Positions 1-14,172 are shown, counted from the stretch's first letter. The stretch: DNA of 64,000 nt from Octopus vulgaris (GCA_951406725.2 OX597816.1:131750001-131814000), one strand, 5' to 3'. The notes: generated from the sequence alone by a model not told the origin. Made by a program: numbers and translations.

Positions 1-54
1 CACAAATTAACCTTTTTACCATATTTCCTCATTGACACACTCACTCACTCATGC

Positions 55-61
55 ATTCACA

Positions 62-152
<91 letters not shown>
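55..152. repeat. (CA)n microsatellite
   Basis: Near-perfect CA run. Confidence 0.95.
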
Positions 153-154
<2 letters not shown>

Positions 155-429
155 CCCCTCCTTCTCACAAGCACACACACAATAATGCCATCAAGTTAAG
201 GCAGTTTTATTTTCACAGAGGTTTCATACGTATATATATATTAAGAGATGCAATAAGACCAAAATCACTTGGTCAGGTGGTCTCGATGTTAGGGTGGCAG
301 GAGTTATCTTCCACTTGCAATAGATATTCAGTGCAGAAAGCGCACTGAATAAACCAGCTGGAGGAGACGTCTTCCTGGGGTTAAAACAGCACTATCATCA
401 TCTCTTAGAAAACAGAGTAAAGAAAAAGA

Positions 430-1589
430 GTAAATAAAATTGCCATTGGCTTCAAACACGCCCTCCAGACGACTTTGGAATCTCTTGCAATTCTTCTGGA
501 TGATCTCCTTGTTTAAGTTGGTGAATGCTGCCACAATCCTTGCCTTCAGTTCATCTTTGGTGTTACTAAGAGTTGTTGGTCTCTTGTTCAACTATGCCCT
601 ACACATAATAATCAAGGAGTTTGCAGTCTGGTGGCCAGATGTTAAGGGTGATGTGGTTGCAGAAATTGTCTGACAACCATGACTGGGTTCTCCTGCTTGT
701 GTGGCATGGTGCAGAGTTGTGTTGCCAGACATAGGGTCTTCCGGCAGCCATCCGCTTGACCCAGGGCAGCACTATCTCCTCCAGACACTACCTCCATGTT
801 GAATGTGAAGCTGTGTGGGAGGATGAATGGAGGTATAACATCACCATCACTAGTGATCACTCCAAACACCATGATGTTGACTGGATGTTTGATTTTTATC
901 TCTCTTGGTACATATTTTGTGGACATAGCACAAACCAACAGTTATTCTGTATATTTACCATCAGATCCTGGCAGAAATGTTTTCTCATTTGAGAAAATCC
1001 AAAACCTGTTCAGTTGGAGAGGATGCTCAAGTTTGTTCAAAAGCTTCGTAGCACAGTCTTTCCTCTTGTCCTTGATGACTTGGGATAAAAATTCGCCCTT
1101 TCTCATCTTGCATGAGGAATACTGATTGTCTTCATGCACTACCTGCCTGATAAGAAACTCAGACCCTCTCATGTGCCTGATGATGGATCTAATTGACTAG
1201 GAGAGATTGTTGTCAGTCATGGCCTGGATCTAACCAACAAATTCAGGAGTTCTTTTCTTATCAGAACGATCAGAGTGAGTATTCTGAGCTGCTGTATCTT
1301 TGTAATCACTGTTAAACTCATCCAACTCTTTCTGAATCCTCTGCACTATCCTCAGATTGATACCCAAACACTCTGAAATGTTTGTATTGGAGGTTCCAGC
1401 ACAAATGTCAAGCAGTACAACATGTCATTTACAAATTTCTGGCAGAGTGAATTGTGTCATGGTGTTGTTTTTCTCACAGTCGGTGCCCAAATGACCCTAC
1501 TATACTGTGTCGTCAACAAAATCAAAAATAAACAATTAAAAATGTAAGTTGAAAATATAAAATGGCAACAATTTACTCATCACATCCTG
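430..1589 (-). mobile_element. Degraded maT/DD37D-type Tc1/mariner transposon
   Basis: Frameshifted transposase pieces in ORFs 942-1172 (FWIFSNEKTF), 642-938 (KHPVNIMVFGVITSDG) and 328-591 (CKRFQSRLEGVFEANG). Terminus CATCCTG|TA at 1583-1591. Same family as 7947-8765. Confidence 0.85.
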
Positions 1590-1636
1590 TATATACATAT
1601 GTGTGTCTAAACAGACACACATACAGGTACATACAA

Positions 1637-1679
<43 letters not shown>

Positions 1680-1789
1680 TATCATCATCATCATTATCAT
1701 CATCCTTTTATACCCATTTTTCCATTTGCATGGGCTTGATGTGTCCTCTCCAGCACAGTTTCTTGCAACAAGTTGTAATGTTTTGTCAG

Positions 1790-2540
1790 CTTCTTCATGA
1801 GGTTAAACCTTCTTAAGATTTCACATTTTCTTTTCATATTTCCATTGTTCTTCCTCTTGCACCTGTTCCTTCCAACTTAGATTCTTTGGCAATTCTTTAC
1901 TCCTCCTTCCCCCATATACATCACATGTCCATACTAGCTCAGTCTCTTTTGTTGCATTCTGTATCTGATTCCTCTTATACCCTTTTTTTCCCTCTCTGCC
2001 CATTCTGCTTCTATCATTTATTCACACTAACATCACACACCAACAGAGAACAATCAGTTTATCTTTCCAGGTTTTGCAAATTCAATGCACATATTTCATT
2101 ACTTTTAACTGTCATGCTGCATCATATTTTGCATATATGCATCATGCAATATGCTTTTCTCTTAAAGTGAATCCCCTTGCTGCCAGCTAAGGTAACAACT
2201 TCCTTTTTCTAAACTATTATAACACTAGTTACTATATTAAACTGCTAATTAGATCACCCAGATAACAGAAATTATCAATTACATGGGTGGTCTCACTGCT
2301 AACTACAGTGATAGAAATAGGGGGTGCACAAGGCTATGGTACCCCACTACATTTCATTTCGCAGAGAGGGTTGGCTTATAATGTTTAGTCTCACTTTCCC
2401 AGCCTTCAGCTTCTTAGACCTTAGTATATCCCTAGCTCCTAACATCCATTTCTATAATCAGCTTACTACTTCCATGCATCTGCTATATATTAAATCCTTC
2501 TTTTCTATCAGCCTGCCCCTGATACCATGTCATCGATTTA
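1790..2540 (-). mobile_element. Highly degraded RTE LINE 3' fragment
   Basis: Patchy similarity to the C-terminal region of the 60383-62550 RTE (ELVWTC/WYGH-like segment; DNFCYLGDLI-like motif near 2250-2280). Confidence 0.5.
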
Positions 2541-3157
2541 CATTGATGTTTACATTGATTATATCTAATCAGAAAGTGAATAACTGTTCCCATGAAGTTT
2601 TCTACATAGATTGAGAAACCAAAATAATAAATTCATAGTTTATCTTCAAACCAGGAATCAGACTTAATCCTAAAAGTCATGTGGTGTTATTAAACTGAAC
2701 AACTGATTAAATCTATTTCCAGAGAACATGTACAGCCCATTCAACAAGCTTACAGCGTTTCTGTCTGCCTGATTTCGTGCTCAAAGTTTGAACCAGCCTG
2801 AAGCTATTGCAGTAAACCCTTCCTGAGCAGTTTCATATGATGGACTCAAACTAGAACCAGACTGTAATGGAAACTTCTTTCTATATGTTCATACTTTTGC
2901 CAAAATATTCATTGATTACATTTTCTAAATCTTCAGTTCTGGATTTCAAGTATCACAGATGCCAGGGAGTAAGATAATTGCATAAGAACCAGACTCCCTT
3001 TACATCCTGGATAATCTACACCAATACATATTTATTCACCAAACTGCAACATCTCTCCCCCAAATACTACTTTCTTCTCTGTACATTTAGCTACTATAAC
3101 TATTTGGAAAAAATTCCTCTAACTTAACTCAGACTATGTACCAATTATTCTCTAAAA

Positions 3158-3646
3158 CAGGGGTCCTCAACCATTGGGCCATGGACCAGTACGGAGTCAT
3201 GAATCATTGGGCACCAGGCCACACAGAAAGAATAAATTTTTAAAATTCTATTTTCTATTTTATTGACAATTGCAATCTGTATGGTGTTTTTGCATTATAT
3301 ATGTATTATGAGAGGGTACCCAAAAGTCACAGAGGGGTCTAAAAGTTTAATAAATTTGTTTTAATTATATTTATTTGTGATTGTAATTCACTCCTAATGT
3401 ACATATATTTTTTGTATGCATATATACATATATATATACTATATGTAGTGCTAAGTTAGCATAAAGTTAAAATAGCATAAATGAATTATTAACACCTTTT
3501 GTGACTTTTGGGCCATCCTTTTTATGTAATTTGAATTATGTATTGTGAATTTTATTGTATTTTGTTATGCAAGTGATCCCCAAATCCAAAGAAAAATTGT
3601 CTTGCATGAAACCAGTCTGTAGTGCAAAAAAGGGTGAGGACTGCTG
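3158..3646 (+). mobile_element. hAT (Charlie/MER1-like) MITE
   Basis: Termini CAGGGGTCCTCAACC and GGGTGAGGACTGCTG. 8-bp TSD CTCTAAAA/ATCTAAAA (7/8 match), similar to the Charlie NTCTAGAN target. Confidence 0.85.
3309..3522. mobile_element. Small Tc1/mariner-type MITE nested in the hAT MITE
   Basis: Inverted core CCCAAAAGTCACA / TGTGACTTTTGGG, TA on both flanks. Confidence 0.55.
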
Positions 3647-4607
3647 ATCTAAAACATAAATGATGAAAGCAAAAGCATTTTACAAAGCACAATGGAATGA
3701 ATTCTGAGTTTTCAGCAATCAACATCACAATCACTAACAAATGCTGCAATATGTATCAGTCAGTATTGGCGATTCCACGTGGTTACTCGACCTGCTAGAA
3801 GTAGCGGCTAAATCTTACTCAAATTATATGCAACTGTTTTGGGAAAAAAATTTAAAAAAGAACATGCTGGATAATGTAGTCTTGGATTCTCTGCACAAAA
3901 GAAAAAGATGGAATGGTTCTGATCTGCATGGATTGGACTGAACTGGGACTAAACAACAACTGTAGTACATACATTCAACAAAATAGTTATAGACATGAAA
4001 AAAGCCCCCAGTATGCTGTGTAAAATGGTTGGCATTAGAAAGGAACCTGGCCATAGAAAACATGCCAAAGCAGATATTGGAATACAAACACAGTCCTCCA
4101 ACTTGTCATGTCCTGCATAGTTCTGTGTGGCACCTTGAGCAAGCGTCTTCTACGATAGCCTCAAGCTGACCAAAGCTTTGCAAATGGATTTGGTAGAAGT
4201 AAACTGAAAGAAGCCTGTTGTATGGTGTGTGTGTGTCTTTGTGTCTGTGTTTGTCCCTTGCTTAACAACTGGCGTTGGTGTGTTTACATCCCTGTAACGA
4301 AGCAGTTTGGCAAAAAAAAAAGATCAATACAATATGTACTAGACTTTAAAAGGAATAAGTACAGGAGGGGTACAGGGGTAAAATTCTTCAAGGCGGTGCT
4401 CCAGCATGGCTGTAGTCTAATGACTGAAACAAGATAAAAATAAAATCTAAATAGTATTTACCTGGCCAATCAACACTAGTGTATCTCTAAATTGGTAAAT
4501 TTTGGCACAAGGCCAACAATTTCGATGAGGATCTAAGTCGGTTATATTAACCCCAGTGTGTAACTGGTACTTATTTTATTGACACCAAAAGGACAAAAGA
4601 TTTTGAA

Positions 4608-4887
4608 ATGATGATGACAATGATGACAATTACAAATGACGACAACAATGATAATGTTGATGATGATGATGATGATAATGATGACAACAACAACAGTGAT
4701 GACAATGAAGATGAGCACGAAGATGACAAGGGTAATAACAACAATAACAATGGTGAAGATGACGATGATGATGATGATGATAATGATAATGACAGTAACA
4801 TCAAAAAACGTACCCCACAAGGCAATATAAAAATAAACAATCCCAATTCTGAAATAACCTTAAACACAATAGTAGTGATGATGGTAG

Positions 4888-4937
<50 letters not shown>

Positions 4938-4958
4938 GTGATGATGCTGATGATGATA

Positions 4959-5005
<47 letters not shown>

Positions 5006-5290
5006 GCAAAGCAACAGCAAACCAAGGCCAGTACCAGGATGATACAGTGTGTGAGGTGGGGGTTTATATAGAAAGGCATAAATGAATGAGTTAATAAATG
5101 AATAAATGAATAAGTAAGTAAATGAATAAATGAATGAATAAATAGATAAATAAATATATATATATATATGAATAAATAAACTCATAGAAAATGAAGAAAC
5201 TGACAAACTTTGTATCTAACTGAAACAGGAACAGTAAAACACTATTATATAGGGTAATTAGCGTCATCAACGTCAACAATAATAACGATG
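4608..5290. repeat. Compound GAT/AAC/AAT and ATGA/ATAA low-complexity array
   Basis: Direct reading; it accounts for the poly-D/N/M/I ORFs. Confidence 0.9.
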
Positions 5291-7425
5291 AAGGCTGCAT
5301 CACACCTCATGCCACAATAACAACCTCAAATAAAATACCCACATTTTTTGTTTCCCCAGCAGAATTCAATGATAACAACCCATGTCAGTATATGAAAAAT
5401 ATCACCTCCAAACATCCATATAAACAATACTCTTGAACACTGCTTACAACTGCATGCTAAAATCATTTTCCCCTCAGCCTATTTAGAGAAACATTACAAA
5501 GAAAAGTAAATCTACTCACAAATAACTGCAATATTATTTCAAGTACTGTGCTATAATGCCCATGACCAGCAATTACATTGCTGCCATGTTAAAAGCAGCC
5601 AGCACACTTTGCAAAAATGATTGGCACTAGGGAGGGCATCCCACAGTAGAAAACCAACCAAATCAGAACCTGATGCAGCTCTCTGGCTTACTAGCTCTGG
5701 TCAAACTGTCCAAGCCACACCAGCATGGAAAACGGACTTTAAAGGAGTAGGAGTAGGAGGAGGAGGACGACGATGAAGAGGAGGAACTGTCACCCTCTGG
5801 TTGGCTCCATCTTGTTAGCTTCTGTTGTTACCACCACCAGAAGTTACGAACAAATAGAAATAGACAAGACAGTAGAGAGAGTGCAGTATGTCCAGATTGT
5901 CATAATGCACCCTTTGTAATTCATCACTACATGTGAGAGTCTGCAGTATGGTTCTCTGTTAAGCAGAGACAAGGTATAATAAAGAAGATGAATCGAAGGG
6001 TTGCAATAAATTTGGACATCAACCCACATGCCATATATATCTTAATCAATCCAATCTGACCTGGGGCAACACAAAAACTAGTATTGAGATAGACTCAGTT
6101 GCTGACAGTCAAAGGTCTCTGACATAGGTACTTCTTTCTACAATATGCACAAAGCCTGAAATTTATGGGGAGGGGCTAAATTGACTCCAGTGCTTGACTG
6201 GTGCTTATTTTATCAACCCTGAAAGGATGACAGGCAAAGCTGACCTTGGCAGGATTTGAGATCAGAACAAAAAGACAGAAAGATAGATAAAATGCTGATA
6301 AATATTTTGTCCAGCGTGCTGACAACTCTAAACTCTGACATAGACAAGGAAAAAGTATCAGTGAGAGAATATGAACTGCCAACTTCTTTATCATTGTCTA
6401 ATATTTTCTTGAATTGACTATTATTCATGACTTATGACTATCTGTAATATTTCAATAACGTGATGTGCTTCTGTTTAATACATTGCAGATCTTGCTTCCA
6501 ATATCAGCCTCTGAATTAACATATTTCAATAAGATTATCAATCTCATGATAACTGCTAGTTGTCCAACCAGTTAATTTAGGCCTTAACAAAACTTCATTC
6601 CTATTCTTCCTTGCTCCATAATCTGGATATCCACCTTCAGCTTTATCACTAATTAAATGGTAGATTATGAGTTAAAAAATACATATGTACAAGAAATAAT
6701 GGTGTATACCAGGAAGATATGGTCAGTGGATACAGAGAACTGGTTTCATATAAAGAGAAACAAGTTGTCAACTATATATTGGACATTATGCAAAAAAAAA
6801 AAAAAAAGAAAAAACCCAAATACAAGTGAGTTGAAAAATCTACTGAGATTAAATGGTACATATGTATGAGGTATGTTGTATTAAGAGATAGAGAAGAAAC
6901 CTTTGGAAGAGTAGTCCAAACAGGTTTGGGAACAGTGTAGCTCAGTGAAGAAATGTTGCAGAATCAAGACTCAGAGAAACACTTTTCAAATTTATACGTC
7001 ATTGTCGTCATCATTGTTGTTATCAGTATTGTCATCGTTGCCATTGTTGTTTCTGTCACTGCCCTCATTGTTGCCATGATTGTCATCATCATCATTTTAA
7101 CACTCACTTTGCCATACTTGTATAAATCAGCGGGAGTTCATTGTGACAGATTTTCTACAACCTTTCTTGTCGCTTCACCTGTTTCCAAGCAAAGTATAAT
7201 TTCCTTGTGGCTAAACATGTTTACGCAGAAGATTTGAAGCAAGTGGCATAGTTTGTATGAGGGTAACATTCATTTACAGCTATTGCATGATGTCAAGACA
7301 AAGAGTCACAAAAACCTACACATTACCCCCATCTATCTAACAGTCTGTCTATCTATCTATCTGTCTGTCTGTCTGTCTGTCTGTCAGTCTGTCAGTCTGT
7401 CAGTTTGTCTGTCTGTCTGTCTGTC

Positions 7426-7495
<70 letters not shown>

Positions 7496-7505
7496 ACAAA
7501 CCATT

Positions 7506-7807
7506 GTGGAGGCACAATGGCCCAGTGGTTAGGGCAGCTGACTCACGGTCGTAGGATCGTAATTTTGATTCCCAGACCGGGCATTGTGAGTGTTTATTGA
7601 GCAAAAACACCTAAAGTTCCAGAAGGCTTCAGCAAGGGGTGGTGGCGATCCCTGCTGTACTCTTTCACCACAACTTTCTCTCACTCTTTCTTCTGTTGGC
7701 CTGCTCACTTAGCCAGTGGGGTGGCGTCATTTGAAGGCTAAAACAATGCAAAGAGCATTGTGACCAGCGATGAGTAGCAGCATCTGATAGCCTGGTCGGT
7801 CACGGTG
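7506..7807 (+). mobile_element. tRNA-derived SINE
   Basis: A box TGGCCCAGTGG and decayed B box. 13-bp TSD ATAACAAACCATT (7493-7505, 7808-7820). Its 3' part recurs at 63228-63345. Confidence 0.85.
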
Positions 7808-7946
7808 ATAACAAACCATTAGTACCAAGTGTTAAGGTATGAGCAGAATTTAGGTTAGTTAAAATATGTTTGTTGCATACTTCAAAACTGCTAAAAGGCA
7901 AATACACTGCAGTTACCATGGAGATAGTAAAAGATGTGAAAACACC

Positions 7947-8765
7947 CAGTAAATTGTCATCCTTTTATAGTTTTAATTTTGCACATGCGCATTGTTTGTT
8001 ATTGATTTTGTCAACTACACAGTGCAGTTGGGCACTGTCTGTAAGTAAAACAGCACCATGATACAATTCACTCTGCCAGAAATTTGGAAATGACATGCTG
8101 TACTGCTTGGCATTTACACTAGAAACTCCAATACAAACGTTTCAAAGTGCTGAGTGTCAATCTCAGAACATGTACCACAAGGGATAAAAATCAAACAGCC
8201 AGTCAATATCATAGTGTTTGGAATGATGGTGACATCTTCTTACATGGCCTCACACTCAACATGGAAGCCTACATCAAGTGCCTGGAGGAGGCAGTACTGC
8301 TCTTCATCAAGAGGATAGCTACTGGACAACCCTATGTCTAACAACAGGACTCTACACCATGCCACACAAGCAGGAGAACCCAGTCATGGCTGTCAGACAA
8401 TTTCTGTGACTACACCACCCCTGACATCTGGCCACCTGACTCCACAGACTGCAACCCCCTTGATTATTATGTGTGGGGCACAGTTGAGTGAGAGACCAAC
8501 AAAACTCTTAGTAACACCAAAGATGAACAGAAGGCAAGGATTATGGCAGCATTCACCAACTCAAAAAAGGGGACCATCCAGAAGAATTGCAGGAGATTCC
8601 AAAGTCATCTGGAGGTCGTGTTTGAAGCCAATGGCAATTTTATTGAATAAATTTACTCTTTAGTATTTCAAGATAATTTTATGTAATTTTGGTAAATATA
8701 TCTGAGATGTCATTGTTATTTTCCTTTTTGCATAAATTTAGACGACAGTTTTTTACTCCACCATG
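7947..8765 (+). mobile_element. Internally deleted maT/DD37D transposon
   Basis: Reverse-complement match to 430-1589. Encodes WPPDSTDCNPLDYYVWG-like motif. Ends CCATG|TA. Confidence 0.8.
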
Positions 8766-9022
8766 TATGTATGTGTATATATACATACATACATACATAT
8801 TTATATATATATTTACAGTTATACATGTGTAATGATAATAGTGAAGATATCTAATGTGGTTCGATGATTTAGCGTCTCTTTGCAGCATATAGGGCGGAAA
8901 AAGTTTTTTCTATGCCCTTAATTACAATTGTATTTATGATTTCACCTTAATCATTTCTTTTTTTTTCTATGCAGGCAACTGATAAAACTTTTGACAATTT
9001 TATGCTTTATATTATAATTATG

Positions 9023-9254
<232 letters not shown>

Positions 9255-10052
9255 ATGCACACACAGAGGCATGTTTTAGTTTTAGTTTCCATCTACAAAA
9301 TCTGTTCACAAGGCTTTGGTAGACTTAGGGCTGTAGTAGAAGACATGCAGTGGAACTGAACCTGAAATCACTAGGTTGGAAAGTGCAAAAAACATTCAGT
9401 GATAATAATAACATGATGATAGGGAGAGAATTCTATTCCATCACATGAACATTTCTCAATGCTGCTATTAGTAACTATAATAAAACTAAAACCATTCCAT
9501 TCAGTCCCTCTGGCATGAAGAGATACCACAGAAATCTCTTGTTTCTCATTTAACTAGAAATAGAATGAATAAAACAATATTAAAAGGGAGAGAGAATGGA
9601 CTGATGTCAGAGTCAAACAAACATGACTAAAGGTTAGACTTTGTACAATACCAAGAAAGGGTCCTGGCTCAAGGGAATGTATGAAATGACTATGTCTTTG
9701 AGTGAATTATAGAAATTCTGCATCATTGACCTTCCCTTTCTTTGTGTTGACTTTACTGTTGTGAGTGTGTATATGTGTTCTGAAGAAGCGAAAGAATTAT
9801 GTACACACAGCTAATTAGTGTTGTTGTAAATGTAAGAAAGAAACCACTTGATTTCAGTCATAAATTGAAACTTGAAAACTTAGAAATACTAATATAACTA
9901 ACTGGCACTCCATCAGTTACGATGACAAGGGTTCCAGCTGATCCAATCAACAGAAAAGCCTGCTCGTGAAATTAATGTGCATATTTTGGAAAAAAAAAAT
10001 CTTTGTGGCATTAGGAAATATGTAGAACATTGTGATATCAGTGAGTGAAATA

Positions 10053-10375
10053 AGCACTTTATTGGTTATGATGATGAGGTTTCCAGTTGATCTAGTCAAC
10101 AGAACAGCCTCTCATGAAATGAACGTGCAAGTGGCAGACCACTTCACAGACATTTGTACCCTTAACGTAGTTCTCAGGGAGATTCAGTATGACACAGAGT
10201 GTGACATGGCTGGCCCTTTGAAATACAGGTACCACTCATTTTTGCCAGCTGAGTGGACTGGAGAAACGTGAAAATAAAGTGTCTTACTCAAGGACATAGC
10301 GCATCACTGAGAATTGAACTCATGACCTTAGGATCATGAGCTGAATACCCTAACTACTAAGCCACGTGCCTTCAC
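10053..10375 (-). mobile_element. tRNA-derived SINE with internal KpnI site (possibly the octopus OK-type family)
   Basis: tRNA head at 10300-10375 on the minus strand, GGTACC in the body. Other copies at 52460-52781, 59485-59755 and partially 9903-9985. Confidence 0.8.
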
Positions 10376-12441
10376 ATATATCAAGTGGAGATTTAAATGG
10401 AAAGCTCAGAACAGAAGTTAGTGAGAAGGCATGAGAAAGAAAGGATGGATGGTACAGACTGACAGAATGAGTGAAAGACAGATACATAGACAGAGAGACA
10501 GAGACACAGAAAAAGAAGGAGAGAGGGAGAGAGAGAGAGAGAGTGAAAGAGAGAAAGTAGAGAAAAAGTGGTAGAGAATAGGAGAAATTTAACAAAATCT
10601 TTTATTACTAGAAAGTTGAATACTGCGAAATGCATGGTACTGTAAGACCTCAAATAGCTCTGATCTAAAACTCTCACATCAAGAATTTCTATAATAATGG
10701 TTTTCCTTAATATTAGTTTCAAATTTTTGGCACAAGGCCAGCAATTTGGGGGGAAGGAATAAGTCGACTACACCAACCCCCAGAACTCAACCGGTATTTA
10801 TTTTATTAACCCTGAAAAAATGAAAGGAAAAGTCACCCTTGGTGGAATTTGAACTCAGAACACAAAGATGGACGAAATGCTGCTAAGTATTTTGCCTGGC
10901 ATGCTAACAATTCATGCCAGCTTGCCACTTTAATGGTTTTCTCAAATACTAATAATAGCAAAATCATTAGCATACCAGGCAAAATGCTTAGCAGTATTTC
11001 ATCTCTCTTTGCATTCTGAGTTCAAATTCCTCCAAGGTTGACTTTGCCTTTCATCATTTCAGAGTCAATAAAACAAGTACCAACTGAGCACATTGGGGTC
11101 GATGTAACCAACGAAATTGCTGGCCTTGTGCCAAAACTTGAAAGCTACATTATTGTCCAACCAAAGCTACTATCAAATTAGAGCAATCTCCACTGATTTG
11201 TCAATCCACCAACTAAAGATACCATTGTCATTATCATTGATCAATATCCATTTTTTTGTGTTTGCATGGGTCAGAGGAAATTCACCGTGGCAGGTTTTCT
11301 GTAATACCAGATGCCTTCTCCTGTTGCTTCACCTGTTTCTGAGCAATGTAACATTTCTCCATGGCCAGACATATTTTTGTAGGAGATTGTAAATAAGGGA
11401 ACTGCTTGTATGTAGGTGACACTTGTTTACAATAATTGCCTACTATGAAGACAAGGGGACACAAACACAAACACTTCAGCCTCCACATATATATGTATAT
11501 ATATATATACAGTAATACACACACACACATGCACACACACACACATGCACACACAGACACATACACACACACACACATGCATACACACAGTGGAGGCACA
11601 TGGCTCAGTGGTTAGAGTGTTGGACACATGATCATAAGATTGTGGTTTCAATTCCTGGACCAGGCGATACATTGTGTTCTTGAGCAAGACATTTCATTTC
11701 ATGTTGCTTCAGTCCACTCAGCTGTAATGGAATGGTATCCCATCCAGATAGGGAATATATATGCCATGGATGCCAGGAAACTAGCCCTTATGAATTGGGA
11801 TGACTCAAGAAGGTAACTTTACGTATCTTTTTGCACACACATGCACTCACACACACACACACACACATGCAGACACACGCACACACACACATACCTATGC
11901 ACACACATGTATGCACATGCACATACCACACACACACATGTATAAATATGGCAGGCTTCTCTCAGTTTCTGCCTACCAAATCCGCTCACATGGCTTTAGT
12001 TGGCCTGGAGCTATGATAGAAGACACCTGCTGAAGGTGCCATGATGTGGAATAGAACCCCAAAATCACAAGAATAGGAAGTAACTTTTTAACAATGATTC
12101 GTCAATCCATCAACCAAAGATGCCAGATATAAGCAAAATATTGGAAGTTAGGCTATACTCAGAGACACACAAAAAAAAAAATACAGAAGAATGTTCAACT
12201 CAAAAGGAGGTGCTCCAGTATGGCCTTAGCTATGGTGGCTAAAACAAATTAAAAAAGTGAAGAATTCTATATGGTGCTGAAGTTCAGTGAAGTTGGTGTT
12301 AAAAGTGATGAATGGTGTTTGAGAATGAACAAAAGAGGTGAAGTAAGAAACTGTTTAGTAATTCTGAAAAATTGTTTTAACACTAAAGATACTCAGTGTT
12401 TCTCTCTCTTTCTCTTTCTCTTTCTCTTTCTCTCTCTTTCT

Positions 12442-12481
<40 letters not shown>

Positions 12482-13000
12482 CCCTCACACACACACACAC
12501 ACATATTACACATATACACAAATCTACTCACGAATATGTACAGCTCAGATTCTCAATATGAGTGTTCTAAGGATAATGTTCATTTGAAAATACCACTGCC
12601 GCTGCCGCTGCCGCCACCACCACCACCACTACAAGAACCGCCACCACCGCCATAGGCACCCCCCCCACAGGCACCACTGCCACTATCAATACCACTACCA
12701 CCACCACCACCACCACCACCACTACCACAGGCACTGCCACCACTACCACCACACTGCCACCACCACTACCACCACCACAGGCACCATCATCATCACCAGC
12801 ATTGCCAACTATATGATATATCACTATTGAAAAATCTAATATTATTACTTCTGCTTGACTTTCTTCCATTTCTTGTCAAACTACCAATCACACGTTGATA
12901 TTTTGTCAATGCCAATGTTAATTTTTGTCATCATTAATGTTAGAGAAAAATTATTCCTATTACGGGTAAGGGGCCAGAAATTTGATGGGAAGAGTAATAG

Positions 13001-13237
13001 TTTAAACCGTTTAGAATTTAATCTGACCATATCTGGCCAAAATATTCTACCTATTTTATGTTCAAACTGACCAGATCCAGACTTTCACACCTATCATACA
13101 ATGCCATATTAAAAATAAGTAATCACATCATAGAAATCTTGAAGCTATGAAATAATTAATTCAAAACATTATTAATTCAAACAAAGTGACTTAATAAGCA
13201 TTATATTTGACAGATTATCTGTATGTTAAAGGGTTAA
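13001..13237. mobile_element. piggyBac-type MITE
   Basis: TTAAACCGTTTAG at the left end and AAAGGGTTAA at the right end (TTAA target, CCC/GGG-type termini). Confidence 0.6.
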
Positions 13238-13292
13238 ATTAAACCCCAGTATGTGACTGGTACTTTATTTTATTGATCTCACAGGGATAAAA

Positions 13293-13598
13293 GTGAAGGC
13301 ACATGGCCTAGTGGTTAGAGGGGTGGATTTACGGTCGAGGAATTGTAGGTTTGAATCTCAGACAGGGTGTTTGTATGTGTTTATGAGTGAAATACCTAAG
13401 CTCCATGCAGTTTTGGCAGAAGGTAATGGCAAACTTCTGCTGACTCTTTCGACACAACTTTCTCTCACTCTTTTCTCCTAAATCTAGCAGCTCACCTGTG
13501 ACAGAATGGTGTCCCATCGAGGTGGGGAACCTAAATGCCAATGAAACCAGGAAACCAACTCTTATGAGTCAGGCATGGCTTGAGAAGGAACAAACAAC
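13293..13598 (+). mobile_element. tRNA-derived SINE nested in an older minus-strand SINE (about 13240-13715)
   Basis: A box TGGCCTAGTGG, B box GGTTTGAATCT. Same family as 47157-47459. CACAGGG duplicated at the flanks. Confidence 0.8.
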
Positions 13599-13734
13599 AC
13601 AGGGGAAAAAGGTAAAGTTGGCCCTGGCAGGATCTGAATTCAGAATGAAAAGAGCTGAATAAATAGCAAGAGGTATTTTGTTCAATCCCCTAACAATTCT
13701 GTAAACCCACTGCCCTGATAAAATTTAAGGATAA

Positions 13735-14172
13735 TCATGTGTGTATAAATATAAACAAACTTACATTTGTTTTTATTAGAAGCATTGAAATGTGTATTGT
13801 ATGATACAAACAAGAATATGATATTTTTCAAACGCATTATTGCTGTACCCTTACAAGGTGAAAGAAGTTGTCAACAAACAGCCATGGGACTTGAACCCAC
13901 ATCCCCCAAGACTCTGGCTGAATGCTTTACCATTAAGCTAAACTGCTCACTGACAATTTCATCCACCGATTTAGATGCTAAATAGCTTATTGAACAACCA
14001 TGTGTGAATAAATATAAACAAACTTATATTTGTTATATATATTAGAAGTATTGAAATGTATATGGAAATGCACTCAGCCAGTGTCTTAGGGATGTGGGTT
14101 CAAATCCCATGGCTGTTTGTTGACAACTTTTTCTGCCTTGTAAGGGTAATTTACCCATTATTTCTGCTGTTT
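13735..14172. mobile_element. Rearranged copy of a tRNA-cloverleaf-carrying inverted-repeat element
   Basis: tRNA-like sequence at 13877-13947 (-) and a partial inverted copy at 14070-14148 (+). Direct repeat 13738-13797/14001-14062. Same family as 48889-49160. Confidence 0.7.

Noticed and set aside
324-350. 10-bp hairpin TATTCAGTGC/GCACTGAATA as a terminator or ribozyme
   Set aside because: Eukaryotic context, no U-tract and no complete ribozyme core; probably part of a repeat 3' end
4542-5303. Long ORFs of poly-D/N/I/M/Y residues (also 23109-23825 and 12567-12869)
   Set aside because: Translations of trinucleotide microsatellites; no splice or domain support
9774-9810. CTGAAGA-AGC-GAAA hammerhead-like string
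   Set aside because: Stem II is only 3 nt and stems I and III do not pair properly; likely chance
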